Source: Clostridia bacterium (GTDB taxonomy: Bacteria > Bacillota > Clostridia > Oscillospirales > CAG-272). From it: a DNA stretch of 36,333 nt. Both the position numbers and the translations under genes were made by a program. A model generated the notes under the pieces. The model ran no database searches. It worked only from the letters and a program-made list of their open reading frames with translations, and had not been told where the DNA came from. The stretch lies in contig JAFXGC010000096.1 of assembly GCA_017513325.1 (NCBI GenBank), positions 1-36,333 of the forward strand, written 5' to 3'. Numbering within the stretch: the first letter of the stretch is position 1; every line of letters begins with the position of its first letter. Of the stretch, positions 1-9,636 are shown piece after piece.

Positions 1-1
1 A

Positions 2-169
2 GTAACAGCAGTAATTTCAGTTGTTCTTGCGGTTCTTATTGCTTTTTCAAGACTTTATTTATATGTTCATTTTCCATCCGATGTTCTTGGCGGAGCGATT
101 CTCGGAACGTTATTCGGCTTCTGCGGAGTGTGGATAGTAAATGCGGTTGATAAGAGAATAAAGAAGTAA
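2..169 (+). CDS. PAP2-family phosphatase, C-terminal fragment (5' end outside window)
   Basis: Frame 2 reads [35 protein letters not shown]...KRIKK*. SRxxxxxHxxxD is the PAP2 C3 motif. Confidence 0.85.
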   Translation, partial: VTAVISVVLAVLIAFSRLYLYVHFPSDVLGGAILGTLFGFCGVWIVNAVDKRIKK

Positions 170-172
170 AAT

Positions 173-200
173 AAAAAGAACCGGATATCCGGTTCTTTTT
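173..200. terminator. Bidirectional intrinsic terminator
   Basis: Perfect 28-bp palindrome AAAAAGAACCGGATATCCGGTTCTTTTT between convergent genes. Confidence 0.85.
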
Positions 201-988
201 TATAGCACAAGATTAAACAGTCTCATTGAGTTTTCTATAGTAGCCTTCGCCAGAGTTTCCTCGTCTTCGCCTCTTGCCGCAGCCATAGCTGCAAGAGTGT
301 GAACCATAAGACCTGAATGATTGATCTTTCCTCGATGAGGTACGGGGGCAAGATAGGGACAGTCTGTTTCGATGAGAATTCTGTCCTGTGGTACAGCTCG
401 GCAGGCGGTTCGTACGTTTTCAGCATTTTTGTAGGAAACAGGTCCGGCAAAAGAAATGTACCAGCCTCGGCGAACATAATCCCTAGCCATTTCAGCACTA
501 CCGCTGTAGCAATGCATAACACCCGTAACATCGGGATGAGCGCGGAGTATATCAAAAATATCACCGTGAGCTTCTCTGTCGTGGATTATAACGGGGATAT
601 TCTTTTCTTCTGCAATGCAAAGTTGCATTTCAAAGACTTCCTTTTGGATGTCACGGGGAGTGTCCCAATGGTAGTCAAGACCGATTTCTCCCAGTGCAAC
701 AACTTTTTCATGCGAGAGGAGAGAAGTGATCTCGTCAACTACGGAAACAAGCTTGTTCCTTTCAAAATTAGCAGCATCCTCGGGGTGAAGACCGACAGCA
801 GCAAAGCCCTTGTCGTATTTTTCGGCGATTTCAATAGCTTTTTTGCAGTTTCCCGGTTCTGTACCAACACAGATGAAGCCACAAACTCCTGCGTTAAAAG
901 CATCTTTTATAGCGCCGTCAGCACCGCCGTCATATTCTTTTTCGTATCTGCTGTCGTTATAGTGTGAATGTGAGTCGAATAATTTCAT
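200..988 (-). CDS. tatD: TatD-family hydrolase/DNase
   Basis: DSHSH N-terminus, GEIGLDY, IHDREAH, HCYSG and ETDCPYLAP motifs; follows metG as is usual in Bacillota. Confidence 0.95.
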   Translation of the reverse strand: MKLFDSHSHYNDSRYEKEYDGGADGAIKDAFNAGVCGFICVGTEPGNCKKAIEIAEKYDKGFAAVGLHPEDAANFERNKLVSVVDEITSLLSHEKVVALGEIGLDYHWDTPRDIQKEVFEMQLCIAEEKNIPVIIHDREAHGDIFDILRAHPDVTGVMHCYSGSAEMARDYVRRGWYISFAGPVSYKNAENVRTACRAVPQDRILIETDCPYLAPVPHRGKINHSGLMVHTLAAMAAARGEDEETLAKATIENSMRLFNLVL

Positions 989-1004
989 AATACACCTAAA
1001 TTTT

Positions 1005-1027
1005 AAGGGGACTTTATAAGTCCCCTT
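1005..1027 (-). terminator. Hairpin/terminator after metG
   Basis: AAGGGGACTT-TAT-AAGTCCCCTT inverted repeat between metG and tatD. Confidence 0.6.
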
Positions 1028-1033
1028 TATAAT

Positions 1034-2989
1034 TTATCTGATTCTTTCTCCAAGACCTGTTTCTGGATCAAGGAATACAACGCGGATTGTTTCCTCACCG
1101 CTTGCAAGGATCATACCGTTGGATTCGATTCCGCAAAGCGTTGCGGGGCGAAGGTTACAAACGAGAATGATTTTCTTTCCAATAAGGGCTTCAGGTTCAT
1201 AGTATTTAGCAATACCTGAAACGACCTGGCGTTTTTCATAGCCGAGGTCAACTTCAAGCTTCAGAAGCTTCTTAGCCTTCTTGATTTTTTCGCATGCAAC
1301 GATCTGAGCGCTTCTGAGTTCAACGCCCATAAAGTCCTCAATACCAATAAGAGCGCATCCTTCGGGCTTTTCAGCAGCCTTAGCAGCAACTTCTGCCGCT
1401 TTCTGCTTTGCTTCCATTTCAGCGTTAAGCTGTTCAAGAAGCTTTGCTTCATCGATTCTTGAGAAGAGCATTGCAGCTTCGCCAAGTTCCATGCCGGATT
1501 CAAGCGCTCCGAATGTTTCGATTGAAGCATAGTCGTTCTTGTCTGTTGCGATCTGAGCAAAAATGGATTCGCATGTAGCAGGGATTGCAGGTGTGAGAAG
1601 AACGGCAGCGATTCTGATTGTTTCAAGCAGATTGTAAATAACGGTACCAAGGCGGGCTTTGTTTGCCTCGTCCTTTGCAAGAACCCAGGGAGTTGTTTCG
1701 TCGATATACTTGTTAGCGCGGCGAAGCATTGTATAAACGGCGTCGATTGCATCTGCAATGTGGTAGTTGTCCATATTTGTCTTAAAGCTGTTTATGACCT
1801 TTGTAATTGCTTCTTTGAGCTCGCAGTCAGTACCTTCGTCGCCTGCAGGAGCAGGAATAACGCCGCCAAAGTATTTCTTTGTCATAGCGTGTGTACGGGA
1901 AACAAGGTTACCGAGGTTGTTTGCCAGGTCGTTGTTATAACGCGTAATAACAGATTCATATGTGATAGAACCGTCTGTGGCGTAGGGCATTTCGGAAAGT
2001 GCGTAGTGACGAACGCCGTCAACTCCGAAGTGCTTAGCCATTTCATCAGCATAAATAACGTTTCCTCTGGACTTGCTCATTTTGTCCTGACCGAAGTTGA
2101 ACCAGGGGTGACCAAACACCTTTTTAGGAAGAGGTTCGCCAAGCGCCATAAGGATGATGGGCCAGTAGATAGTGTGGAAACGAAGAATGTCCTTACCGAT
2201 GATATGAACGTCAGCAGGCCAGTATTTTTTATAGTTTTCGGGCTGCTCAGCGTGGTCGGGGTCAAAACCGAGAGATGTGATGTAGTTTGAAAGCGCATCG
2301 ATCCAAACGTAAATAACATGACCGTCGTCAAAGCTTACAGGCACGCCCCATTTGAAAGAAGAACGGGAAACGCAAAGGTCCTGAAGACCGCCTTCGCACT
2401 TAAGGAAGTTGTTAACCATTTCCTTCTTGCGTGATTCGGGTTCGATAAATTCGGGGTTGTTTTCAATGTGCTCAAGGAGCTTGTCTGCATACTTGCTCAT
2501 CTTGAAGAAATAAGCTTCTTCCTTAGCTCTTTCAACAGGTCTGCCGCAGTCAGGACATTTGCCTTCAGTTGCTTGTGTATCTGTGAAGAAGGATTCACAG
2601 GGAGTGCAGTACCAACCCTCGTATGAGCTCTTATAAATGTCGCCTTTGTCGTAGAGCTTCTTGAATATATTCTTTACTGCAGTTTCGTGATAGTCGTCTG
2701 TTGTGCGGATGAACTTATCGTAGCTTGTATTCATAAGGTCCCAAACGCCTTTGATCTCGCCGGCAATGTTATCAACATATTCCTTGGGAGAAATGCCTGC
2801 GTCTGCGGCCTTGTTTTCAATCTTTTGGCCGTGCTCGTCTGTACCTGTCAAAAAGAACACGTCATAGCCGCGCTGTCTCTTGTAGCGCGCGATGCAGTCT
2901 GTCATAATGACCTCATAGGTATTACCGAAATGAGGCTTCTGAGAAGCATAGGCGATAGCCGTTGTTATATAAAACTTTTCTTTTTCCAT
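1034..2989 (-). CDS. metG: Methionine--tRNA ligase with C-terminal tRNA-binding domain
   Basis: FYITTAIAY, HFGN (HIGH-like), GTDEHGQK, CTPC/CPDC zinc knuckle, YVWIDAL, KMSKS. Start set at the ATG at 2989 behind GAGGTG. Confidence 0.97.
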   Translation of the reverse strand: MEKEKFYITTAIAYASQKPHFGNTYEVIMTDCIARYKRQRGYDVFFLTGTDEHGQKIENKAADAGISPKEYVDNIAGEIKGVWDLMNTSYDKFIRTTDDYHETAVKNIFKKLYDKGDIYKSSYEGWYCTPCESFFTDTQATEGKCPDCGRPVERAKEEAYFFKMSKYADKLLEHIENNPEFIEPESRKKEMVNNFLKCEGGLQDLCVSRSSFKWGVPVSFDDGHVIYVWIDALSNYITSLGFDPDHAEQPENYKKYWPADVHIIGKDILRFHTIYWPIILMALGEPLPKKVFGHPWFNFGQDKMSKSRGNVIYADEMAKHFGVDGVRHYALSEMPYATDGSITYESVITRYNNDLANNLGNLVSRTHAMTKKYFGGVIPAPAGDEGTDCELKEAITKVINSFKTNMDNYHIADAIDAVYTMLRRANKYIDETTPWVLAKDEANKARLGTVIYNLLETIRIAAVLLTPAIPATCESIFAQIATDKNDYASIETFGALESGMELGEAAMLFSRIDEAKLLEQLNAEMEAKQKAAEVAAKAAEKPEGCALIGIEDFMGVELRSAQIVACEKIKKAKKLLKLEVDLGYEKRQVVSGIAKYYEPEALIGKKIILVCNLRPATLCGIESNGMILASGEETIRVVFLDPETGLGERIR

Positions 2990-3022
2990 TGTGAACACCT
3001 CTGTATAGGAACGTTACTAATT

Positions 3023-3051
3023 ATTATATACCAAATGCCGATATTTTTCAA
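3023..3051 (-). promoter_or_regulatory. Sigma-A promoter for metG
   Basis: Minus strand TTGAAA-N17-TATAAT. Confidence 0.65.
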
Positions 3052-3067
3052 TACAAATGGCAAATTT

Positions 3068-3949
3068 TTACTTGATAAGCAGTTTGTAAAAAGCGCCTTT
3101 GGACATACCACGGTCTTTAGCCGCTGCTTTTATGGCGTCCATATGAGCCATGCCGCCTGCTTCATACATTGCAACATGCGCTTCGGGATCTTCAGGAAAC
3201 TCATCCTTGCATTCTTCCTTGATCCCACCTTCAACAACAAGTACGTATTCTCCTCGTGGGTCTTTCTGCTCATAAAGCGCAACAGCCCCCGAAAGGGTAG
3301 TACGTATTATCTCCTCGTTAAGCTTTGTCAGTTCACGGCAAAGAGTAATCTTTCTTTCTCCCATATATTTAAGCATATCTGAGAGCGTTTGCTTGAGCTT
3401 GTGCGGAGCCTCGTAAAAAATCATAGTTCTTTCTTCGCTTGCAAGCTTTTCAAGCAAAGCTTTTCGTTCTCCCTTATTCGTTGTTACAAAGCCCTCAAAA
3501 GCGAATCTTCCTGTAGTAAGGGCTGAAAGTGTAAGAGCTGTAACAGCTGCACAACATCCCGGTATACAGGTTACAGGAACGCCGACTTCTGCACAAAGAC
3601 GAACAATATCTTCTCCGGGATCGCTTATTGCAGGCATACCTGCATCTGTTATAAGCGCGCAGGACTCACCTGCCTGGAGTCTGGAAACGATATATTCTCC
3701 ACGTTCTCTTTTGTTATGCTCAAAGTAGCTTACGAAAGGCTTTTTGATGCCGTAACGTGATAAAAGCAGGCCTGAATTTCTGGTGTCTTCTGCTGCAACA
3801 AAATCAACCTCAGAAAGTACCTTTTTAGCTCTTTCGCTTATGTCAGCAAGGTTTCCGATAGGTGTAGCAACAAGATAGAGCATCCCGCCTAAAACTTTAT
3901 TCTTTTCATCGCTGACATCGGGTGTGTCAAAGTGCTTAATGTTTTCCAT
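3068..3949 (-). CDS. rsmI: 16S rRNA (cytidine1402-2'-O)-methyltransferase
   Basis: LYLVATPIGNLADI, AEDTR, DAGMPAISDPG, FYEAPH, RELTK and RGEYVLV motifs. Confidence 0.96.
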   Translation of the reverse strand: MENIKHFDTPDVSDEKNKVLGGMLYLVATPIGNLADISERAKKVLSEVDFVAAEDTRNSGLLLSRYGIKKPFVSYFEHNKRERGEYIVSRLQAGESCALITDAGMPAISDPGEDIVRLCAEVGVPVTCIPGCCAAVTALTLSALTTGRFAFEGFVTTNKGERKALLEKLASEERTMIFYEAPHKLKQTLSDMLKYMGERKITLCRELTKLNEEIIRTTLSGAVALYEQKDPRGEYVLVVEGGIKEECKDEFPEDPEAHVAMYEAGGMAHMDAIKAAAKDRGMSKGAFYKLLIK

Positions 3950-3958
3950 TATCTTTCC

Positions 3959-4717
3959 TTAAAATAAAAAATCAAGTGATGAGGTATCATAAACCGTATT
4001 CATATCGTCAGTGTAATCTCTAGTTCCGTCTTTGTATGTGAAAAGAGGACGGGATAGCTTAACGGAAGGTGCGGCGCCTTTTTTGTTTTCTACAAGAACA
4101 AGACTAGGTTTTGATTTTGAGTCAGGATAGACTGTCACGATACGTTTCGGTTCAAGGGTGTTTTCTTTTAAAGCATGTATAAGCTCAGCCAGTCTGTCGG
4201 GGCGGTAAACAGTATAAAAAATACCGCCGTGGCGAAGAACTCTGTTGGCAGCATCGCAAAAATCGTATATAGTTCCGTTCATTTCGCGGCGCGCGATATT
4301 CATTTCATCGGTTTTATTTGCAAATCCTTCAGTTGCTTTGAGGTAAGGTGGATTTGAAATAACAGCGTCGATCCATCCTTCGGTATCGTTGGGGCCAACA
4401 TCGCGTATATCTTTGCAAATAACCTTTAATTTATCAGAGAAATTGTTGAGAACGGCATTTCTCTCTGTAAGATAAGCGAATTTTTCCTGAACCTCAAAGT
4501 CATAGAATTTATCCGCTTTGTTTTTAGATAAACAGAGAAGAGAAGCAACACCCGTTCCACTACCAAAATCAGCAGCTGTTTTAACTCTGTTTTTCATAAA
4601 AGCAGCCAAAAGAAAAGCATCGGTGCCGAAGGTGAGCCCGTCTTTCTTTTGAATGAGTGAAAGGTTTTCATTAATTTCATCAAGCCTTTCATCAGGCTGA
4701 AGATTCACATTGATCAT
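3959..4717 (-). CDS. tRNA1(Val) adenine(37)-N6-methyltransferase (YabB/TrmN6-like)
   Basis: FGTDAFLLA, DFGSGTG SAM motif, NPPY motif; YabB position upstream of rsmI. Start at 4717 behind AAGAGGA. Confidence 0.88.
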   Translation of the reverse strand: MINVNLQPDERLDEINENLSLIQKKDGLTFGTDAFLLAAFMKNRVKTAADFGSGTGVASLLCLSKNKADKFYDFEVQEKFAYLTERNAVLNNFSDKLKVICKDIRDVGPNDTEGWIDAVISNPPYLKATEGFANKTDEMNIARREMNGTIYDFCDAANRVLRHGGIFYTVYRPDRLAELIHALKENTLEPKRIVTVYPDSKSKPSLVLVENKKGAAPSVKLSRPLFTYKDGTRDYTDDMNTVYDTSSLDFLF

Positions 4718-4736
4718 ATATTCCTCTTTAAAGTTA

Positions 4737-4765
4737 TTAAGCCGGAGCATAGCGCTCCGGCTTAA
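4737..4765 (-). terminator. Terminator hairpin downstream of ferredoxin
   Basis: TTAAGCCGGAGC-ATAGC-GCTCCGGCTTAA inverted repeat. Confidence 0.7.
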
Positions 4766-4784
4766 TTTAACTTATGTTATTTGA

Positions 4785-4955
4785 TTACTCAGCCTTGGGA
4801 GCTTCAACAGGGCAAGCAGATGCGCAAGCACCGCAGTCCAGACACTCGTCAGCGTTGATCACAAACTTGCCGTCGCCTTCAGTGATAGCACCTACAGGAC
4901 ATTCAGCAGCGCAAGCACCGCAAGCGATGCATTCATCGGAAATTACATATGCCAT
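4785..4955 (-). CDS. fdx: Clostridial-type 2[4Fe-4S] ferredoxin, 56 aa (not in ORF track)
   Basis: Manual translation MAYVISDECIACGACAAECPVGAITEGDGKFVINADECLDCGACASACPVEAPKAE*; two CxxCxxCxxxCP motifs; GGAGG RBS. Confidence 0.97.
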   Translation of the reverse strand: MAYVISDECIACGACAAECPVGAITEGDGKFVINADECLDCGACASACPVEAPKAE

Positions 4956-5061
4956 TGTAAAATACCTCCGTTTATTTTGTTTAAAAGATTATAGCACATT
5001 TAATATATTTTGAAAAGGGTTTTTTCAAAAAAACCGAAAAAATCATAAAAAAACTGAAAAA

Positions 5062-5988
5062 TCAATCTTCGTTTGATGAATCATTTGCCACAGGTTTGTC
5101 ATTTTTAGCTTTTTTTTGCAGAACTGTCAGCTGATCACGGTGAAACTTTTTGATAATTTCACCATTTTTGTCAGGAATAACTACAGTGCATATCCCTGTA
5201 AGGGGAGCTATTTCACGAACAAATCCTATTCCGTCGGGTGTTTTAACCTTGCTGTCAACAGGAGGTGTTCTTTTCAGTTCTTCCTCATAAACATCGCTTT
5301 CGTATCTGAGACAGCACATAAGCCTGCCGCATGTTCCTGAAATTTTAGCTGAGTTAAGGCTGAGATTCTGTTCTTTTGCCATTTTTATGGAAACCTGAAC
5401 AAAATCAGAAAGAAACGTAGCACAGCAGAAAGGACGTCCGCAAACACCGATTCCACCCATCATTTTAGCTTCATCTCGAATTCCTATCTGTCGAAGTTCA
5501 ATTCTTGTGTGGAAAACGGCTGCAAGGTCTTTAACAAGTTCTCTGAAATCAACTCTGCCTTCAGCAGAAAAATAGAAGAGAAGCTTGCTGTTATCAAAAG
5601 TATATTCAGCCTCAATAAGCTTCATTTCCAGATTGTGTTTTGCAATCATCTGGAGACATGTATCAAATGCTTGCTTTTCAAGCTGTTTGTTTGATTCATA
5701 TCGTTGAATGTCGTCGTTGGTAGCTATTCTTTCAACTTCTCTGAGTGGAGGTACGATTTCGGAGGAGGATACTATTTTGTTTTCGCATGCTACAAATCCG
5801 AATTCAATACCTCGCGATGTACGAACAATAACTTTATCATCCAGATGGAGTTTCATTCCTTCAGGAGAAAAATAGTATGTTTTTCCTGCTGATTTGAACT
5901 TGACACCAACAACTTCATATTGAGAGGGGGCAGAATTTTCAATATCATTATCTGATACAGTTGTGTTTATATCGTTTTGATTTTCCAT
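5062..5988 (-). CDS. yaaT: PSP1-domain protein YaaT/RicT
   Basis: RVDFRELVKDLA, TRIELRQIGIRDEA, GVCGRPFCC, KISGTCGRLMCCLRYE; directly downstream of holB. Confidence 0.93.
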   Translation of the reverse strand: MENQNDINTTVSDNDIENSAPSQYEVVGVKFKSAGKTYYFSPEGMKLHLDDKVIVRTSRGIEFGFVACENKIVSSSEIVPPLREVERIATNDDIQRYESNKQLEKQAFDTCLQMIAKHNLEMKLIEAEYTFDNSKLLFYFSAEGRVDFRELVKDLAAVFHTRIELRQIGIRDEAKMMGGIGVCGRPFCCATFLSDFVQVSIKMAKEQNLSLNSAKISGTCGRLMCCLRYESDVYEEELKRTPPVDSKVKTPDGIGFVREIAPLTGICTVVIPDKNGEIIKKFHRDQLTVLQKKAKNDKPVANDSSNED

Positions 5989-6011
5989 TTTGAGTATATC
6001 CTTCTTAAAAA

Positions 6012-7040
6012 TTATCTGTTTTCTTTTCTTGCATTTGCTGCCAAAGTGCAGAATACTGTGCTTATGGATGCATTTTTTCTGCAAATATGATCCTGAGCTT
6101 CTTCAAGCTGATTATATAAACTCAGTAGTCTGGGTGCAGTAACTTTAACTGCCTTGGAGTAAGCAAGGTCAGCGTCTGTGAAAAACAAAGTGTTACGGCT
6201 GCCGTTTTTAACTGCAATATAATCCCTTACAGCTGTCATGGCGTAGAACAAAATCTGCTCACACTCAGCTCTTTTAAAATCGATACCACGACAGAAATTC
6301 ACAGAATCAGCTGTGCTGCTGAATATCAGAGTATCAGTCAGTTTTTCTGCAATGTCTCTGTATTTCAGTACCGGTGAAGTGTCGGTCTTATCACAAAGAT
6401 CTATGGCAACTCCCAAGGATCCTGAAGCCGCTGATGCAGCAACTTTCAGTTTTTCATCATTTCGTTCGTTGATAAGTCCTTTATTTCTTCTTGCCATAAG
6501 ATTTTCAAGGATTAAGGGAGCGGACAATAGTTCCGTTTTGAGAGTGTGCGCACGGCTTCGGATTGTTTCCAGCAAAGATCCTGAGTCAGAGGTCAGCAGG
6601 ATAAAAATAACATGAGCAGGAGGTTCTTCCAGTGTAAGCAAAAGCGAATTCTGCGCCTGCGTTGTCATTTTTTCCGCTTCTTCAATTATGTATACTTTAT
6701 AGTCTCCGTCATCGGGAAGGTAGCTGACGGATGAAAGCATATTTCTGATAGTTTCAACCTGAAAAGTTGCGGTAGCTCCGCGATTGACATATTGAACGTC
6801 AGTGGAATAACCTGAAGAAACTTTTGAGCATGATGGACAAAAACCACAGGGAAGAGGGTTCTCTCCGTTTTTATTCCGGCACAATATAGCCATAGCTATT
6901 TGCTTGGCTGCCGTGTGCTTTCCGCTGCCTTCAGGGCCGTCGATTATATATGCATGAGAATGCTTGCCTGCTTTTATGTCTTTTCCGCAAAGATCTTTAA
7001 TGGCAATGTTTCCAAGGAGTTCCGGAAAAATATTATTCAT
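6012..7040 (-). CDS. holB: DNA polymerase III subunit delta'
   Basis: HAYIIDGPEGSGK, zinc-binding C...PCGFCPSC, AQNSLLLTLEEPP, LLETIRSR; upstream of yaaT. Confidence 0.9.
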   Translation of the reverse strand: MNNIFPELLGNIAIKDLCGKDIKAGKHSHAYIIDGPEGSGKHTAAKQIAMAILCRNKNGENPLPCGFCPSCSKVSSGYSTDVQYVNRGATATFQVETIRNMLSSVSYLPDDGDYKVYIIEEAEKMTTQAQNSLLLTLEEPPAHVIFILLTSDSGSLLETIRSRAHTLKTELLSAPLILENLMARRNKGLINERNDEKLKVAASAASGSLGVAIDLCDKTDTSPVLKYRDIAEKLTDTLIFSSTADSVNFCRGIDFKRAECEQILFYAMTAVRDYIAVKNGSRNTLFFTDADLAYSKAVKVTAPRLLSLYNQLEEAQDHICRKNASISTVFCTLAANARKENR

Positions 7041-7073
7041 AAAAAACTCCTTTCTGAAAATACATTACATTTC

Positions 7074-7102
7074 ATTATATCAAATTAATCTGTGATTGTC
7101 AA
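7074..7102 (-). promoter_or_regulatory. Consensus sigma-A promoter for the holB cluster
   Basis: Minus strand TTGACA-N17-TATAAT with extended -10 TG. Confidence 0.8.
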
Positions 7103-7203
7103 ACAAAACATATATAAGAATATCATCCTCAATATAACTCGTTTGTTTTTGAGTGTGCTGCGGAAAAATAAAAGTGTTTCAGTTAAAAAACAGGAGAAAA
7201 CAT

Positions 7204-7773
7204 ATGAAGAAACGTTTGAAATTTATAAGCTATACATCAGCGTTTGTTCTTATATTGGCTATGCTTATGGGAACTGGAAAGATTTATTCTTTTGCCAAAA
7301 TCATAGAAAACAATGCAAATGTATTTTTGACAAAAGAAAACCAAAGATTGGCAGGTGTAAAACATAATGAAAAAACACAAAATCGGGCAAAAAAAGCATC
7401 GGAACAGATTTTAGGCAATGGTATAAAGTTTAAATCGTCAGAATATTCGGGTAAAGAAAACAGAATCGTGTGTTATACAAGGAATGTGTATATTGAACTG
7501 GATACTTACAGTATGCAACCGGTCTTTATAGTTTATGAGTGCGAAAGGGGAAAAGGAGTAAAATCAAGATATGAGTGTGAAAAGACCTTGGTTGAATTTG
7601 TTTTCAGAAATATGCCTGTGAAAGCGAAAGCAAAGGATGCTGAAGTTTGTTGTGATCATATTGATGATCATATAGTTCAATATCATATAGATTTTGCAAA
7701 AGGAACTGTTTATATTGCGCTCAGACGTGATACAGGCAGTGTTATTTTTTACGATGCCGGTGAACTTTTTTGA
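7204..7773 (+). CDS. Hypothetical exported/membrane-anchored protein
   Basis: AGGAG RBS; basic N-terminus plus hydrophobic segment (SAFVLILAMLMG); no family recognised. Confidence 0.7.
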   Translation: MKKRLKFISYTSAFVLILAMLMGTGKIYSFAKIIENNANVFLTKENQRLAGVKHNEKTQNRAKKASEQILGNGIKFKSSEYSGKENRIVCYTRNVYIELDTYSMQPVFIVYECERGKGVKSRYECEKTLVEFVFRNMPVKAKAKDAEVCCDHIDDHIVQYHIDFAKGTVYIALRRDTGSVIFYDAGELF

Positions 7774-7812
7774 TAAAGATATTAATTATATGTATATTTA
7801 AGTTTATTGTGC

Positions 7813-7841
7813 TTGAAAAAAACATAAAAGTATGGTATATT
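7813..7841 (+). promoter_or_regulatory. Sigma-A promoter
   Basis: TTGAAA-N17-TATATT with TG extension. Confidence 0.55.
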
Positions 7842-7885
7842 TAATAGGATAGCATATTATGCATAGAATAACTTGGGAGGTATGT

Positions 7886-8995
7886 ATGAAAATAGGAATT
7901 CTTGGTTTTGGAAGTATGGGTAAAACTCACGCGTACTCTGTTGAAAATCTTAAATATTTTTATTCACCTCTCAGCTTTTCTGCTGAAGTTAAGGGCATTT
8001 GTACAAGGAATATTTCCAGAGCAGAAGCACTTTGCTCTCAGTATGGTGCAGGTAAAGCTTATGCAAACGAAGACGAGATGATAAATGATCCTGAAATAGA
8101 TGTCATTGATATTTGCACGCCTAATATTGCTCACTATGAAACTTTGAAAAAAGCTATTTCAGCAGGTAAACATATTTATTGTGAAAAGCCGCTTTGCACA
8201 ACTGCTGCTGAAGCATTTGAAATAGCAAAACTTGCAAGGGAAAAGAATATAACATGCGCTGTCGTTTTTAATACAAGATTTCTTTTGCCTGTTATTCGTG
8301 CAAAAGAACTTGTAGAAGCGGGAAAAATCGGTGATGTTCTTTCATTCAGAGGAGCTTTTTTGCATAGTAGCTCTGCTGATCCCAATAAACCTGCAGGCTG
8401 GAAACAGAATAAGGATATATGCGGCGGTGGAGTCCTGTTTGACCTTGGTTCTCATATAATTGATTTGATCTATTATCTCTGCGGAGAGTTTGAAGCAGTT
8501 TCTGGTATGTCACAGATAGCTTATAAAACAAGAGCAGGTATGGATGGTCAATGTTGGGAAACAAATGCAGATGAGGCCTTTTATATGACAGCACGTCTGA
8601 AAAACGGTGCCTGCGGAACTATATCTGTTGGAAAAATAATGCATGGAACCAATGACGATCATTCCTTTGAGATTTATGGAACAAAGGGTAGTCTTAAGTT
8701 TGATCTTATGGATCCAAATTTCCTTTGGTTTTATGATGCAACTGCTCCTGAAAATGTCAGGGGATATACAAAAATTGAGTGTTGCGGAAGGTATGCGGCG
8801 CCCGGAGGTGTTTTCCCGGGAGTTAAAGCTCCTATAGGCTGGCTGAGAGGACATGTAGGAAGTATGTATAACTTTCTTCAGGCTGTAGCAGATGGCAGGA
8901 AAGCTGTTCCTTCCTTTGATGACGCTGCTCATATACAGGCAGTTATGGAGGCGGCATATCGTTCTTCGGAAACGGGGAAACTGGAGCTGGTATGA
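7886..8995 (+). CDS. Gfo/Idh/MocA-family NAD(P)-dependent oxidoreductase
   Basis: GILGFGSMG Rossmann motif, AGKHIYCEKP, GGGVLFDLGSH; GGAGG RBS before the ATG at 7886. Confidence 0.92.
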   Translation: MKIGILGFGSMGKTHAYSVENLKYFYSPLSFSAEVKGICTRNISRAEALCSQYGAGKAYANEDEMINDPEIDVIDICTPNIAHYETLKKAISAGKHIYCEKPLCTTAAEAFEIAKLAREKNITCAVVFNTRFLLPVIRAKELVEAGKIGDVLSFRGAFLHSSSADPNKPAGWKQNKDICGGGVLFDLGSHIIDLIYYLCGEFEAVSGMSQIAYKTRAGMDGQCWETNADEAFYMTARLKNGACGTISVGKIMHGTNDDHSFEIYGTKGSLKFDLMDPNFLWFYDATAPENVRGYTKIECCGRYAAPGGVFPGVKAPIGWLRGHVGSMYNFLQAVADGRKAVPSFDDAAHIQAVMEAAYRSSETGKLELV

Positions 8996-9615
8996 TTATT
9001 GAAGGACTTAAGATTATAGGGATCTGCGGAAGAAGCGGATCAGGAAAAGGTTATGTCAGCCGTATGTTTTCCTTGTTTGGTATTCCCACAGTAGACACTG
9101 ATGCTGTATATAAAGGAATTATATCGGGTGGCGCAAGAACAGAATGTGTGGGAGAACTTGTTTCTGTTTTTGGTTCTTCTATAGTTGATGATGAAGGTAA
9201 TCTTATAAAGCGAAAGCTGGCTAATATTGTTTTTGCCGACGGAGCTGCAGATAAGCTCAGAATGCTTAATCATATAACACATAAATACATACTTGCAGAA
9301 ACCCTGCGTCTTTTGGGCGAGTTTAGAAAAATGGGTAAAAAAGCAGCTATAATAGATGCTCCTGTTCTCTTTGAAAGCGGCTTTGACTATTATTGTGATA
9401 TAAAGATTTGCGTAACTGCTCCTGAAGAAGTGCTTTTGGAGCGGGTGTGTAGCCGTGACGGTATTGCGGAGTTTGAGGCAAAAATGCGCCTTGATAAACA
9501 ATTGTCAGTTGAACGCCTTCGCCAGCTCTGTGATGGAGAGATAGTAAACGATGGAAAAACAGATATAATAGAGCAAATAAAGAAACTAATTGAGCAATTT
9601 GAACTTGATAAATAA
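8992..9615 (+). CDS. coaE: Dephospho-CoA kinase
   Basis: GICGRSGSGK P-loop, DTD, LNHITH, IDAPVLFESG, RDG; ATGA overlap with the previous gene. Confidence 0.92.
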   Translation: MIIEGLKIIGICGRSGSGKGYVSRMFSLFGIPTVDTDAVYKGIISGGARTECVGELVSVFGSSIVDDEGNLIKRKLANIVFADGAADKLRMLNHITHKYILAETLRLLGEFRKMGKKAAIIDAPVLFESGFDYYCDIKICVTAPEEVLLERVCSRDGIAEFEAKMRLDKQLSVERLRQLCDGEIVNDGKTDIIEQIKKLIEQFELDK

Positions 9616-9636
9616 GCTTGCATAAGGAGATTTCTT

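Noticed and set aside
2990-3067. T-box or SAM riboswitch ahead of metG
   Set aside because: The promoter lies about 30 nt from the start codon, leaving no room, and no T-box motif is present.
4774-5013. 79-aa plus-strand ORF with AQAPQ repeats
   Set aside because: It is the antisense shadow of the ferredoxin gene; the repeats mirror the two CGAC motifs.
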